Of a stretch of DNA of 37,123 nt, positions 17,796 to 26,042 are shown piece after piece. Position 1 is the stretch's first letter, and each line of letters starts with the position of its first letter. The stretch lies in IMG/VR virus record IMGVR_UViG_3300013014_001932, positions 1 to 37,123 of that record. One strand, 5' to 3'. The stretch is from a virus. Lineage: Duplodnaviria > Caudoviricetes. The translations under genes and the position numbers were made by a program. The notes under the pieces are model-generated. The model searched no databases. It saw only the letters and a list, made by a program, of their open reading frames with translations, and was not told the origin of the DNA.

Positions 17796-20600
17796 TTAGT
17801 ATAATACTTGAAGATTACTAACTAAAAGCTCATCGTCTTCTTGTAATATATAACTTCCATCTGTAACATTTGCTCCTAGTAATGCAGGTAGATTTCCACT
17901 TTCAATTAATATAAAGTCTTCTACTTTCTCAATTCCTAAGATTCCAGAAGCTTGCATTCCTTTATTATAATCTTCAGTATCAACTTCAGTTGTGAAATTT
18001 AATTTTGCAGTTTTTCTTCCACCAATTTGATTTGCATATGATATTCCATCAAATTTACAATTAAAAAATTGATAATTAAAAGTATTTTCAAATCTTTTTT
18101 CAAATTTACTAGATTGATTTTGAACAGTCCAAATAAAATTAGGATCATAAACGCAACTATTTTTACAAGATATAGAAACATTATAATCTGCATCTTCTCT
18201 AATTAAACTTGTAAGATCATCATATTGTTGGTCTCCAACAATCATATCAATTGAAAGATTAATTATTAATGGAAGATTAATTTCTCTATCAATTGGAAGT
18301 TTGTAACCAATTGCGCTCATGTTTTCTCTATTAAATTCAAAACCAAATTGATAACCTTGTATTTTTACATCATCTAAATTTAACCCATATCCAGAACTAT
18401 TGATATTCATATTAATATCTCCTGGTAGAAGAGCAGCTATTGGATTTTTTGAATCAAGCTCAGAAGGTATATTAAATTTAATTCCAGTATTTGTTTCGTA
18501 AGTTTTTGGATTAACATATGGAGTATTTACTCCACTTCCGCTCATTTGAAACAACATATTTTCACCAATATAATTAACTTCTGCAGTTATAAAACTCCCA
18601 ACAGAAGCGCTTTGATTATAAGACGCAAGATAACAATTTCCAAATCCTATTGTTCTATTTGTTCTAGATCTTTTATTAGCACTTCTTGATATAAAAGTTT
18701 GATCGTCTGGATTTATAAAATCTTCATATAAATTTTCATTTTGATCTTGTTGATCTTCAGAAATTGAGATAAAAATATTTCTTTTATCTTTTGTTGTTAA
18801 TGGCCAATATGGGTCTGTTGTTATACAATCATATTCATTGTATTCTGAAGGATTAGTAATAAATTGATTATTAATCAAATCATAATCAACATCTTCTTCT
18901 CCCCATCCAGTAATTTCATTTTTATTAGCTTGTATATAAGCTAGAGAAGTTTGATAGCTTGTATCAATATTTGTAACATTTTCAAAAGATCCAACGATTG
19001 TAGAATTCCAATTTCCAGTAAATATTCCATTTGAATCGTTATAAAAAATATTTTCACTTATTTGTCCAACATTATTAAATCCCCATCCAGTAATTCTATT
19101 GTTTTCTAAAAGCGCAAGAGTGTGAAACCATCCTGCATGAATTGATTTTACTCCAGTTAATTGTCCAACTGGAGTATTATTCCAATTTCCAGTAAATATT
19201 CCGCTAGCATTATTTAAATTTCTTACCCCTGCAACTTGACCATCATCATTCCAACCCCATCCAGTAACTCTTCCATTATTTAAAAGAGCAAATGAATGTA
19301 AATGACCAGCACTTACTATTCTTACGCCAGTTAAATTATTTCCACTTGATGATTGAGAGTAATCGTTATCTCCCCAACCAGTTACTACTCCTCCACTAAT
19401 ATTTCTAATTGCCAAAGAATGATATCCTCCTGCAGAAATGCCAATAATTCCAGTTAAATTATTTCCGCCAAGAGCTTGTCCAGAACTATTATCTCCCCAA
19501 CCAGTTATTGTTTTATTTTTTAATAAAGCTAATGAATGATATGCTCCTGCGCTTATTCCACTCGCACCAGTAATATTACTTACTGGAATATTACTCCAAT
19601 TTCCAGTAAATAAATAATTAGTATCATTATATCCAGTCGTTCCAACTGCTTGACCCTCATCATTTGCTCCCCAACCAGTAATTTTATCATCAGAAAGTAT
19701 AGCTAGAGTATGTAAGTAATTTGTGCTAATTTTTTTAATACCACTTAATTTTCCTACAGCGGTATTATTCCAACTTCCTGTAAATTGACCATTTCCATCA
19801 TTATCATTTAAATTATTTGTAAGTTGACCCTCTGTATTATCACCCCAGCCAGTAACAATTCCACTATTTCTTATTAAAAATGAATGATAAAAACCTGCTG
19901 CAATATCTATGTTATTTATATTTTCAAATGTGAAAAATGGATTTATATTCTTACCAACGTAAAATGGTACATTTTGAGAAACAATATTTGGATTTGGACT
20001 TTGATCTGGCTGTATATATTCGAAGCATGGAGACCCAACATCAATTCCTTCTCCACGAGTGGAAAGTTGAGGATAATTTTTTGAATAATCTCTATTTAAA
20101 AATCCAGAAAAAAGAAAAAGAGGATCTCCGTTATCGGTTCTATAATGATATTTATCTCCTGTATATGGATAATCTAATCTTGGGTGATTTATATTAAATC
20201 CCATTCTAGCTTCATTTCTTAATGAGGAGAGTATATAAGAAAACGAAACGCTAACTTGAGGTTTATTTAAATGTATTCTATCAACAGACGCGGCTTTACC
20301 AATTTGATTTATAATTGTTCGATTTGTTGATATGTTATAAGATATATTTTGTATTCTATCTAATCTTTTTAAAAGATTATGATTTCTTGGAAATGTATTT
20401 TGATTTTTATCTTTAGGTATGACAGCATTTATAATTGCTGGATTTGGACTAATATGCTGAAAGTTCTCATAGGTTACATAAGGAAAATCTTCATGATTAT
20501 TATTCAGACCACCAGAATAATTAATAAAATGATTACCACTTGCTGGACATGGCCCAATAAATAAATCTTCAACATTATAAATAACTTGATTACGAGCCAT
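17796..20600 (-). CDS. Tail-tube-like structural protein with an inserted 7-bladed RCC1 beta-propeller
   Basis: Seven (V/I)TGWG repeats with ISAGxxHSLAL segments (~18900-19920). Flanks RIQNISYNIS..R..INQIG and KIQGYQF...R..MSAIG resemble a duplicated tail-tube fold. The RCC1 call is stronger than the tube call. Confidence 0.6.
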   Translation of the reverse strand: MARNQVIYNVEDLFIGPCPASGNHFINYSGGLNNNHEDFPYVTYENFQHISPNPAIINAVIPKDKNQNTFPRNHNLLKRLDRIQNISYNISTNRTIINQIGKAASVDRIHLNKPQVSVSFSYILSSLRNEARMGFNINHPRLDYPYTGDKYHYRTDNGDPLFLFSGFLNRDYSKNYPQLSTRGEGIDVGSPCFEYIQPDQSPNPNIVSQNVPFYVGKNINPFFTFENINNIDIAAGFYHSFLIRNSGIVTGWGDNTEGQLTNNLNDNDGNGQFTGSWNNTAVGKLSGIKKISTNYLHTLAILSDDKITGWGANDEGQAVGTTGYNDTNYLFTGNWSNIPVSNITGASGISAGAYHSLALLKNKTITGWGDNSSGQALGGNNLTGIIGISAGGYHSLAIRNISGGVVTGWGDNDYSQSSSGNNLTGVRIVSAGHLHSFALLNNGRVTGWGWNDDGQVAGVRNLNNASGIFTGNWNNTPVGQLTGVKSIHAGWFHTLALLENNRITGWGFNNVGQISENIFYNDSNGIFTGNWNSTIVGSFENVTNIDTSYQTSLAYIQANKNEITGWGEEDVDYDLINNQFITNPSEYNEYDCITTDPYWPLTTKDKRNIFISISEDQQDQNENLYEDFINPDDQTFISRSANKRSRTNRTIGFGNCYLASYNQSASVGSFITAEVNYIGENMLFQMSGSGVNTPYVNPKTYETNTGIKFNIPSELDSKNPIAALLPGDINMNINSSGYGLNLDDVKIQGYQFGFEFNRENMSAIGYKLPIDREINLPLIINLSIDMIVGDQQYDDLTSLIREDADYNVSISCKNSCVYDPNFIWTVQNQSSKFEKRFENTFNYQFFNCKFDGISYANQIGGRKTAKLNFTTEVDTEDYNKGMQASGILGIEKVEDFILIESGNLPALLGANVTDGSYILQEDDELLVSNLQVLY

Positions 20601-20652
20601 TTTTTCCTTTTACCTTTCATTTAATTTACACTATAAATTTTAATAAGTGTAA
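20601..20652. promoter_or_regulatory. Divergent GTGTAA pair (20626-20631 minus; 20647-20652 plus) with the conserved minus-strand leader
   Basis: Minus strand reads GTGTAAATTAAATGAAAGGTAAAAGGAAAAA-ATG; plus-strand GTGTAAT lies 18 nt before ATG 20665. Confidence 0.7.
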
Positions 20653-20664
20653 TTAATAGATATC

Positions 20665-20994
20665 ATGGCAACGCTAAAAGCAAATATTAAAGAACAATTT
20701 ATAACCTTAACTAGCACAAAGTCTACTACAATTAATCTATATGTACAAACATCTGTAGCTAGGATAAAAGTTTTGTCTTGGGACAATTCAATAACTACTT
20801 ACAAAAGCGCTAGCCCATCTACATCAATAATAATTCAATTAAATGTTCCTGGCGCAGGACCTTATAGCGGAAACAATCCAAAAACAATTAAAGTATATGG
20901 AAATAGTAGAATTAAATATTTTGATTGTTCAAATAATAGTATAACGAACCTGATAACTACTTCTGCTCCAGAACTAGAAACATTAATTACATAA
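20665..20994 (+). CDS. Hypothetical protein ending in an LRR fragment (possible N-terminal half of a split gene)
   Basis: C-terminus IKYFDCSNNSITNL...LETLIT is LRR-like. Confidence 0.6.
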   Translation: MATLKANIKEQFITLTSTKSTTINLYVQTSVARIKVLSWDNSITTYKSASPSTSIIIQLNVPGAGPYSGNNPKTIKVYGNSRIKYFDCSNNSITNLITTSAPELETLIT

Positions 20995-20995
20995 A

Positions 20996-21667
20996 ATGAA
21001 TAATTTAACAGGTTTAAATCTTAGTGGTCAAACTTATCTCAAATATTTAGATTGCTCTAACAATTTAATTTCTGGTATTAATCTTAATAGTTGTTTTAAT
21101 ATAACTGGATTGTATATGCAAAATAATAATTTGAGTGGAGAGTTTAGTTTATCTCAATTCCCTAATATATCTGGCGTAAATATTAGTAATAATGAATTTA
21201 CTAGAGTTATTGCATCTGGACTTCCTAATCTAAATTATCTATATGCTTCTGGAAATGATATTTCTGGAATTAATCTTTCTGGTTCTGTAAATATTAGTGG
21301 TTTAAATCTTAGCGACAATGAACTCTCTGGGAATTTAAATTTAACTGAATTTAAAAATTTAAATGAAATTAACGTTAACAATAATTCATTATCTGGAATA
21401 AATGTTACTGGATTAAATAAATTAACAACATTTCAAGCAGATAATAATCACATAACAGGTCTAGATTTTTTTGGTGCAACTAATGTCCAGATTATATCTG
21501 CTAGCGGAAATTCAATGACTGGGTATAGTAATATTATTGGCAATATGACAGGTTTGGTTGCTGTTAATTTAGCTGGAAACAATTTGATAAATCCAGGAAC
21601 TTTATTGATTTGGTTAACTGGTTATTATGGCACTGAAGTATTTGCTTCTGGTATATTTAAATTATAA
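20996..21667 (+). CDS. Leucine-rich-repeat protein
   Basis: Repeated LxxLxxSxNxLSG units (LKYLDCSNNLISG, LNYLYASGNDISG, LNLSDNELSG). Confidence 0.85.
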   Translation: MNNLTGLNLSGQTYLKYLDCSNNLISGINLNSCFNITGLYMQNNNLSGEFSLSQFPNISGVNISNNEFTRVIASGLPNLNYLYASGNDISGINLSGSVNISGLNLSDNELSGNLNLTEFKNLNEINVNNNSLSGINVTGLNKLTTFQADNNHITGLDFFGATNVQIISASGNSMTGYSNIIGNMTGLVAVNLAGNNLINPGTLLIWLTGYYGTEVFASGIFKL

Positions 21668-21720
21668 TATTAAATATTAATATAAGAGTATAATTTTTCA
21701 GTGTAATATAATTTATCAAA

Positions 21721-22308
21721 ATGAATTATAATTCTGAAAACTACGGCTTTGAAAAAATTCAAGCTGCCCGCAGAGGTCCAAAATCAGGCGCGCAAACTCC
21801 AGCTAAACCATCTGAAAGACGCAAAGGCTCTTCTAAAAATAAACCTGGAAGCGCAGGAACAAAAAGTGACAAAGCTATTGAATTTTCTAAAAAAGTCATT
21901 GAAGCTCTTAAAAATAAAGTAAAAGAACATAATAGTAAAAATAAGAAAAAAGTAACTCTTGGCCAACTAAAAAAAGTATATCGTCGTGGCGCAGGTGCAT
22001 TTTCTTCTTCTCACAGACCAGGAATGAGTCGTGGTGGATGGGCCATGGCGCGCGTAAATATGTTTCTAAAAATGGTAGGTGGTGGTAAAGTAAAAGATTC
22101 TTATAGAAAAGCTGACAGTGATATTGCAAGAGCCTCAGTTTCTGACTATGAAGTAGAAGTTAATTTCGAACCAGATGATGAAGATTTTGCTCAAGCACAA
22201 GAAGATTTAAAAAATTATGATTTAAATGATTTTGAATTTAGTGATATTAATGAATTATATCTCGATGATGAAGAAGATCGTGTAATATACGGTTTGGAGA
22301 ATATATAA
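21721..22308 (+). CDS. Basic/acidic protein with a DUF5824-like motif, in the head module
   Basis: LKKVYRRGAGAFSSSHRPGMSRGGWAMARVN resembles the VYxRGxxA...HRPG...WxxARV family. Basic N-terminus, acidic C-terminus; GTGTAAT at 21701. Confidence 0.6.
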   Translation: MNYNSENYGFEKIQAARRGPKSGAQTPAKPSERRKGSSKNKPGSAGTKSDKAIEFSKKVIEALKNKVKEHNSKNKKKVTLGQLKKVYRRGAGAFSSSHRPGMSRGGWAMARVNMFLKMVGGGKVKDSYRKADSDIARASVSDYEVEVNFEPDDEDFAQAQEDLKNYDLNDFEFSDINELYLDDEEDRVIYGLENI

Positions 22309-22310
22309 TT

Positions 22311-23852
22311 ATGAAAAAACATAAATTTGAATCAATTTTCGCAAATATTAAAATTCGCCCAGTAGTAAGCGAAGAGAAGGATAAATATCTATCTCTTGCC
22401 TCTATTAATAAACTAAGAAAATTTTTACCAGATATTAATACAGAAGATAACGTTGATCTTCTTCCTATTGCTTTTGATGCTTGCGTAGTAAATCGTGTTA
22501 ATAAAAATGGTGATGTTATGGATGGAGCAACAGCAGCTAAAGTAACAAAGAATTTTGTTAATAAACCAATTAATATTGAACATAATCGTACTCAAGTTAT
22601 TGGATGTATTGTATCTGCTAATTTTAGTAAATTTGGCTCAAACGAGAGTCTAGCCGAATTAGATGTCAAAGATATGAAAGCTCCATTTAATATTACTCTT
22701 GGTGGAGTTATATGGAAAGTTGTTAACAAAGATTTAGCAGAACAAATAGAAGAAAGTAACGATCCTACTAGCGAAAATTATATGAGTATTAGTGCTAGTT
22801 GGGAATTAGGATTTAATGATTATAATTTAGTAGTATTAGATAATGGCGAAAAGAATATTGAAAATGCTGAAGTTATATCTGATGCTAAAGAAATTGAAAA
22901 ATATAGCGACAAATTAAGATCTAATGGTGGTACAGGAAAATTAGATAATAATAAATCAATTTACAGACAAGTTCTTGGTAAAGTAGTTCCTCTAGGCATA
23001 GGATTAACCCTAAACCCAGCCGCCGATGTGCAGGGTGTAGCCGTACAAACTGAAGGTCCAGTTGAATTAAAAATCAATGAAAATCAAAGTTCAGAGGAAG
23101 AAAAAATTGAAGAATTACCCTTGGAGGATAAGGCTTCAGAAAATAATATTTCCCAAGAAGACACTTTAAATGTAAAAAAGGAGAGGATATATATGAAAAT
23201 AACCAAAATTGAAGATATTACAGACACACTGCTTAAAGAGGTAACAGCTAGTTCTATTGCCGAATTTGTAGCAGAAGAAATCAAAAAGGCTAACGATCAA
23301 TTCCTAGCCGAAAAATCAGAAAAAGAGAATGAACTCAAAGCCGCTAATGAAAAAGCAGCAGTTCTCGCTTCTGAACAAGAAGTTGTTAAAAAACAACTCG
23401 AAGAACTTACCCAAAAATTAGCTTCATTAGAAGCTGAAAAAGTCGCTAAAGCTCAAGAAGAAGCTTTCAATATGCGCATGGCTTCATTTGACGAAGAGTA
23501 TGAATTAAATGATGACGAGCGTAAAGTTTTAGCAGCAGATATTAAAGACATGAATGACGAGTCTTTCTCTGCTTATAAAAATAAAATGGCTATCATGATG
23601 AAAGATAAGAACAAAGAAGCCAAAAAAGCTAAAATGGAAAAAGAACAAAAAATGAAAGCTTCAGAAGAAGTTAAAGCTTCAGAAGAGGTAGCACAAATTT
23701 CTACAACCCAGGAGGTTGTTGAACAAGCTGTTGATAATGGATCAAAAGCTTCAGTCGAAATTCCAAATTCCGCCCCAGTTGCAGAGCCAACCATACGTGA
23801 AAAATATGCTAAAGCTTTCGATTTGAGTGGATTTGAAATTGTCAATAAATAA
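22311..23852 (+). CDS. Prohead maturation protease fused to a C-terminal scaffold
   Basis: NKNGD, KPINIEH (His) and SASWELGF (Ser) motifs; E/K/A-rich coiled coil; upstream of the capsid genes; GTGTAAT at 22280. Confidence 0.8.
   Translation: MKKHKFESIFANIKIRPVVSEEKDKYLSLASINKLRKFLPDINTEDNVDLLPIAFDACVVNRVNKNGDVMDGATAAKVTKNFVNKPINIEHNRTQVIGCIVSANFSKFGSNESLAELDVKDMKAPFNITLGGVIWKVVNKDLAEQIEESNDPTSENYMSISASWELGFNDYNLVVLDNGEKNIENAEVISDAKEIEKYSDKLRSNGGTGKLDNNKSIYRQVLGKVVPLGIGLTLNPAADVQGVAVQTEGPVELKINENQSSEEEKIEELPLEDKASENNISQEDTLNVKKERIYMKITKIEDITDTLLKEVTASSIAEFVAEEIKKANDQFLAEKSEKENELKAANEKAAVLASEQEVVKKQLEELTQKLASLEAEKVAKAQEEAFNMRMASFDEEYELNDDERKVLAADIKDMNDESFSAYKNKMAIMMKDKNKEAKKAKMEKEQKMKASEEVKASEEVAQISTTQEVVEQAVDNGSKASVEIPNSAPVAEPTIREKYAKAFDLSGFEIVNK
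23193..23852 (+). CDS. Scaffolding protein from an in-frame internal start (MKITKIED...)
   Basis: AAAGGAGAGGATATATATG closely matches the RBS of the next gene (AAAGGAGAAAATATATATG). Confidence 0.7.
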   Translation: MKITKIEDITDTLLKEVTASSIAEFVAEEIKKANDQFLAEKSEKENELKAANEKAAVLASEQEVVKKQLEELTQKLASLEAEKVAKAQEEAFNMRMASFDEEYELNDDERKVLAADIKDMNDESFSAYKNKMAIMMKDKNKEAKKAKMEKEQKMKASEEVKASEEVAQISTTQEVVEQAVDNGSKASVEIPNSAPVAEPTIREKYAKAFDLSGFEIVNK

Positions 23853-23867
23853 AAGGAGAAAATATAT

Positions 23868-24422
23868 ATGGCACATAATTTAAGACCATTTAGACAATAT
23901 AGTGAAAACGATGTTGTCAACCTATTTGCTTTTAGCGGTGATAGCACTCTTGTTGTAAAGGGTCTAGCCGTTAAAGTTACAGGTGATGGATGGACAAATG
24001 AAGCTAACAGTAGCCCAGTTGAAACACTAGGCAGTGTTGGCGCTTCATATACCAATGTTGTATCTCAAAGATATGGCGCAAAAGCCAAAGTAGCAGTTGC
24101 TGCTTCTGGTGATGCAATCCTAGGAATAACCCTAATGGATGTTCGTGAACTCGATGAAAATGGTGAAAAACTCGTTTTCAATCCTCGTAAAGCCGCAGAA
24201 ATGGGCGTTGTAATCAGTGGACAAGCAGTTCCAATTCTAACTAAAGGACTAGTTCTTTATAGTGGAGCTTCAAACGTTGCTGCTGGTTCAGCTGCTTATG
24301 TTAGTGGCGCTGCTGGTGAACTAGCTGGTCAAGCTACTCTCCCAGCCAATGCAACTAGAGTTGGCAAATGGCTAAGTAAGAATGATGCCAATGGCGTCGC
24401 TCTTCTTAAAATTGAGCTCTAA
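23868..24422 (+). CDS. Capsid decoration/cement protein
   Basis: 184 aa, A/G/V-rich, between scaffold and MCP; GQAVPILTKG; strong SD. Confidence 0.7.
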   Translation: MAHNLRPFRQYSENDVVNLFAFSGDSTLVVKGLAVKVTGDGWTNEANSSPVETLGSVGASYTNVVSQRYGAKAKVAVAASGDAILGITLMDVRELDENGEKLVFNPRKAAEMGVVISGQAVPILTKGLVLYSGASNVAAGSAAYVSGAAGELAGQATLPANATRVGKWLSKNDANGVALLKIEL

Positions 24423-24445
24423 TTCTTAAAAGGAGAATATTTAAA

Positions 24446-25525
24446 ATGAAATTAAAATTAAAAAATACCCCAGAGCAAGTAGAGCTAATCAAAGCAATGG
24501 CCAGTCGCGAAAGCACCGTTGCTAAGGAAGCTCAAGAAGCTTTTGCAGCATTCATCGGACCAGTTGTAAACAAAGTCCTATTAGAAGCAGCAACCTCTAG
24601 CGCAGTCTATACCGATCTAGCCTATGATGAAGATGATAGTCCCTCTATTCCTCTTGATCTATTCCAAGGCGAAGGTGAAGGCTTAGTCTCCGTTTGGAGT
24701 CAAAATGTAGCAGGTGGTCTTCCAACTTCAACAGTTGAAGGTCTATCTGAATTGAAAGTTTCTACCTATCGTCTAGATAGCGCAGTTTCTTTCCTAAAAC
24801 GTTATGCCCGTCGTGGTCGTCTTGATGTTGCTTCAAAAGCAATCGAGAGAATGACCAACGAAGTTCTTGTAAAACAAGAGCGTAATGCTTGGGCAGTAGT
24901 ACTAAAAGCTCTTGCTGATAGTGGCAACACTGTTAACATGGGTTCTAGTGCAGAATCTTTCACTCTTTCAAGTTTAAATACTTTGGTAAAGAATGTAAAG
25001 AGACTAAACAAATCTTATGCTAATGGCACAACCAATAGTTCTTATGGCCTAACCGATATCTTCGTTAGTCCAGAGACCATGAGTGACATTCGCGCATTCG
25101 CTTACAATCCAGTAGGTGGAACAGTAGGATCAGGACTCACTAACGTTGGCGGAACTGATCTTCCAGCTGGTGTTCGTGAAGAGATCTATCGCGGTGGTGG
25201 AACTCAAGAGATTTATGGAATCAGTATCCATGAACTAGTTGAACTTGGTGCAGACCAAAAGTATACTAAGCTCTTTAATGAGTTCTTTACTGGTACTCCT
25301 ACTGCGTTTACCGATTCAGATGATCTTATCGTAGGTCTCGACCTAACTAAAGATGCATTTGTTCGCCCAGTTGCTCGTAATGCTGATTCTGGCAGTACCT
25401 TCACTGCAATGCCTGACGATCAATTCGTTGCCCGTTCTGAGAAAATCGGATTCTACGGTTCTCTCGAAGAGGGTCGCGTTTGTATCGATTCACGCGCAGT
25501 AGCTGGTATCGCTATTAATCGCTAA
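24446..25525 (+). CDS. Major capsid protein (HK97 fold expected)
   Basis: 359 aa, follows protease and decoration genes, strong SD, followed by a terminator; C-terminal KIGFYGSLEEGRVCID. Confidence 0.85.
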   Translation: MKLKLKNTPEQVELIKAMASRESTVAKEAQEAFAAFIGPVVNKVLLEAATSSAVYTDLAYDEDDSPSIPLDLFQGEGEGLVSVWSQNVAGGLPTSTVEGLSELKVSTYRLDSAVSFLKRYARRGRLDVASKAIERMTNEVLVKQERNAWAVVLKALADSGNTVNMGSSAESFTLSSLNTLVKNVKRLNKSYANGTTNSSYGLTDIFVSPETMSDIRAFAYNPVGGTVGSGLTNVGGTDLPAGVREEIYRGGGTQEIYGISIHELVELGADQKYTKLFNEFFTGTPTAFTDSDDLIVGLDLTKDAFVRPVARNADSGSTFTAMPDDQFVARSEKIGFYGSLEEGRVCIDSRAVAGIAINR

Positions 25526-25545
25526 TTAATCTTTAGATTAATATC

Positions 25546-25584
25546 AAGAGGCCCACAGGATAATCCCTGTGGGCTTCTTTTTTT
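25546..25584 (+). terminator. Rho-independent terminator after the MCP
   Basis: AAGAGGCCCACAGG-ataatc-CCTGTGGGCTTCTT followed by a T run. Confidence 0.9.
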
Positions 25585-25586
25585 AT

Positions 25587-25615
25587 TAGACATTTCTAAC
25601 TTTAGTCTATACAAT
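25587..25615 (+). promoter_or_regulatory. Sigma70-type promoter
   Basis: TAGACA, 17-bp spacer, TACAAT; AGGAG SD before ATG 25633. Confidence 0.55.
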
Positions 25616-25632
25616 ATAGTATAGGAGAAAAT

Positions 25633-25971
25633 ATGCCAAAGAAAAGTAAATTAGATTCATTAACTCAAACTCACGGACAAGTAGAAAGCCCAAGAACATT
25701 AGATCAGGTATGGGGAGATTCTGGTCAATCTAAATATGGAACATTAGTGCTTGCAGAGTATCAAAAATATTTAAAAGAATTAACTAAAAGCGATCTTCAA
25801 GCTCACGCAATTAAAGTAGGTCTTATTCCTGTAGACAACAGAGAAACTCTAGTAAAAAGACTAGAAAGAGAATTCAACAAGCACATTTCTCTTTATCAAC
25901 CAGCACCAAAAACAAAAAATAATATTAAATTAAGTAAATCTGCAAGAGATATTCTAGCAGAAGGCCGTTAA
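25633..25971 (+). CDS. Small basic protein with a Rho-N/HeH-like helical motif
   Basis: LKELTKSDLQAHAIKVGL...RETLVKRL; strong SD. Confidence 0.6.
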   Translation: MPKKSKLDSLTQTHGQVESPRTLDQVWGDSGQSKYGTLVLAEYQKYLKELTKSDLQAHAIKVGLIPVDNRETLVKRLEREFNKHISLYQPAPKTKNNIKLSKSARDILAEGR

Positions 25972-25983
25972 TTTCGTGTAATA

Positions 25984-26038
25984 TTGGTTGTTAGTCTGCC
26001 GTAAAAAGCAGCAATTTAGCGCAAGCTAATAACAACAA
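25984..26038 (+). ncRNA. Candidate three-way-junction leader RNA
   Basis: GTTGTTA/TAACAAC closing stem, CTGC/GCAG hairpin and TTAGC-GCAA-GCTAA GNRA hairpin, between GTGTAA (25976) and ATG 26043. Confidence 0.5.
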
Positions 26039-26042
26039 ATAT

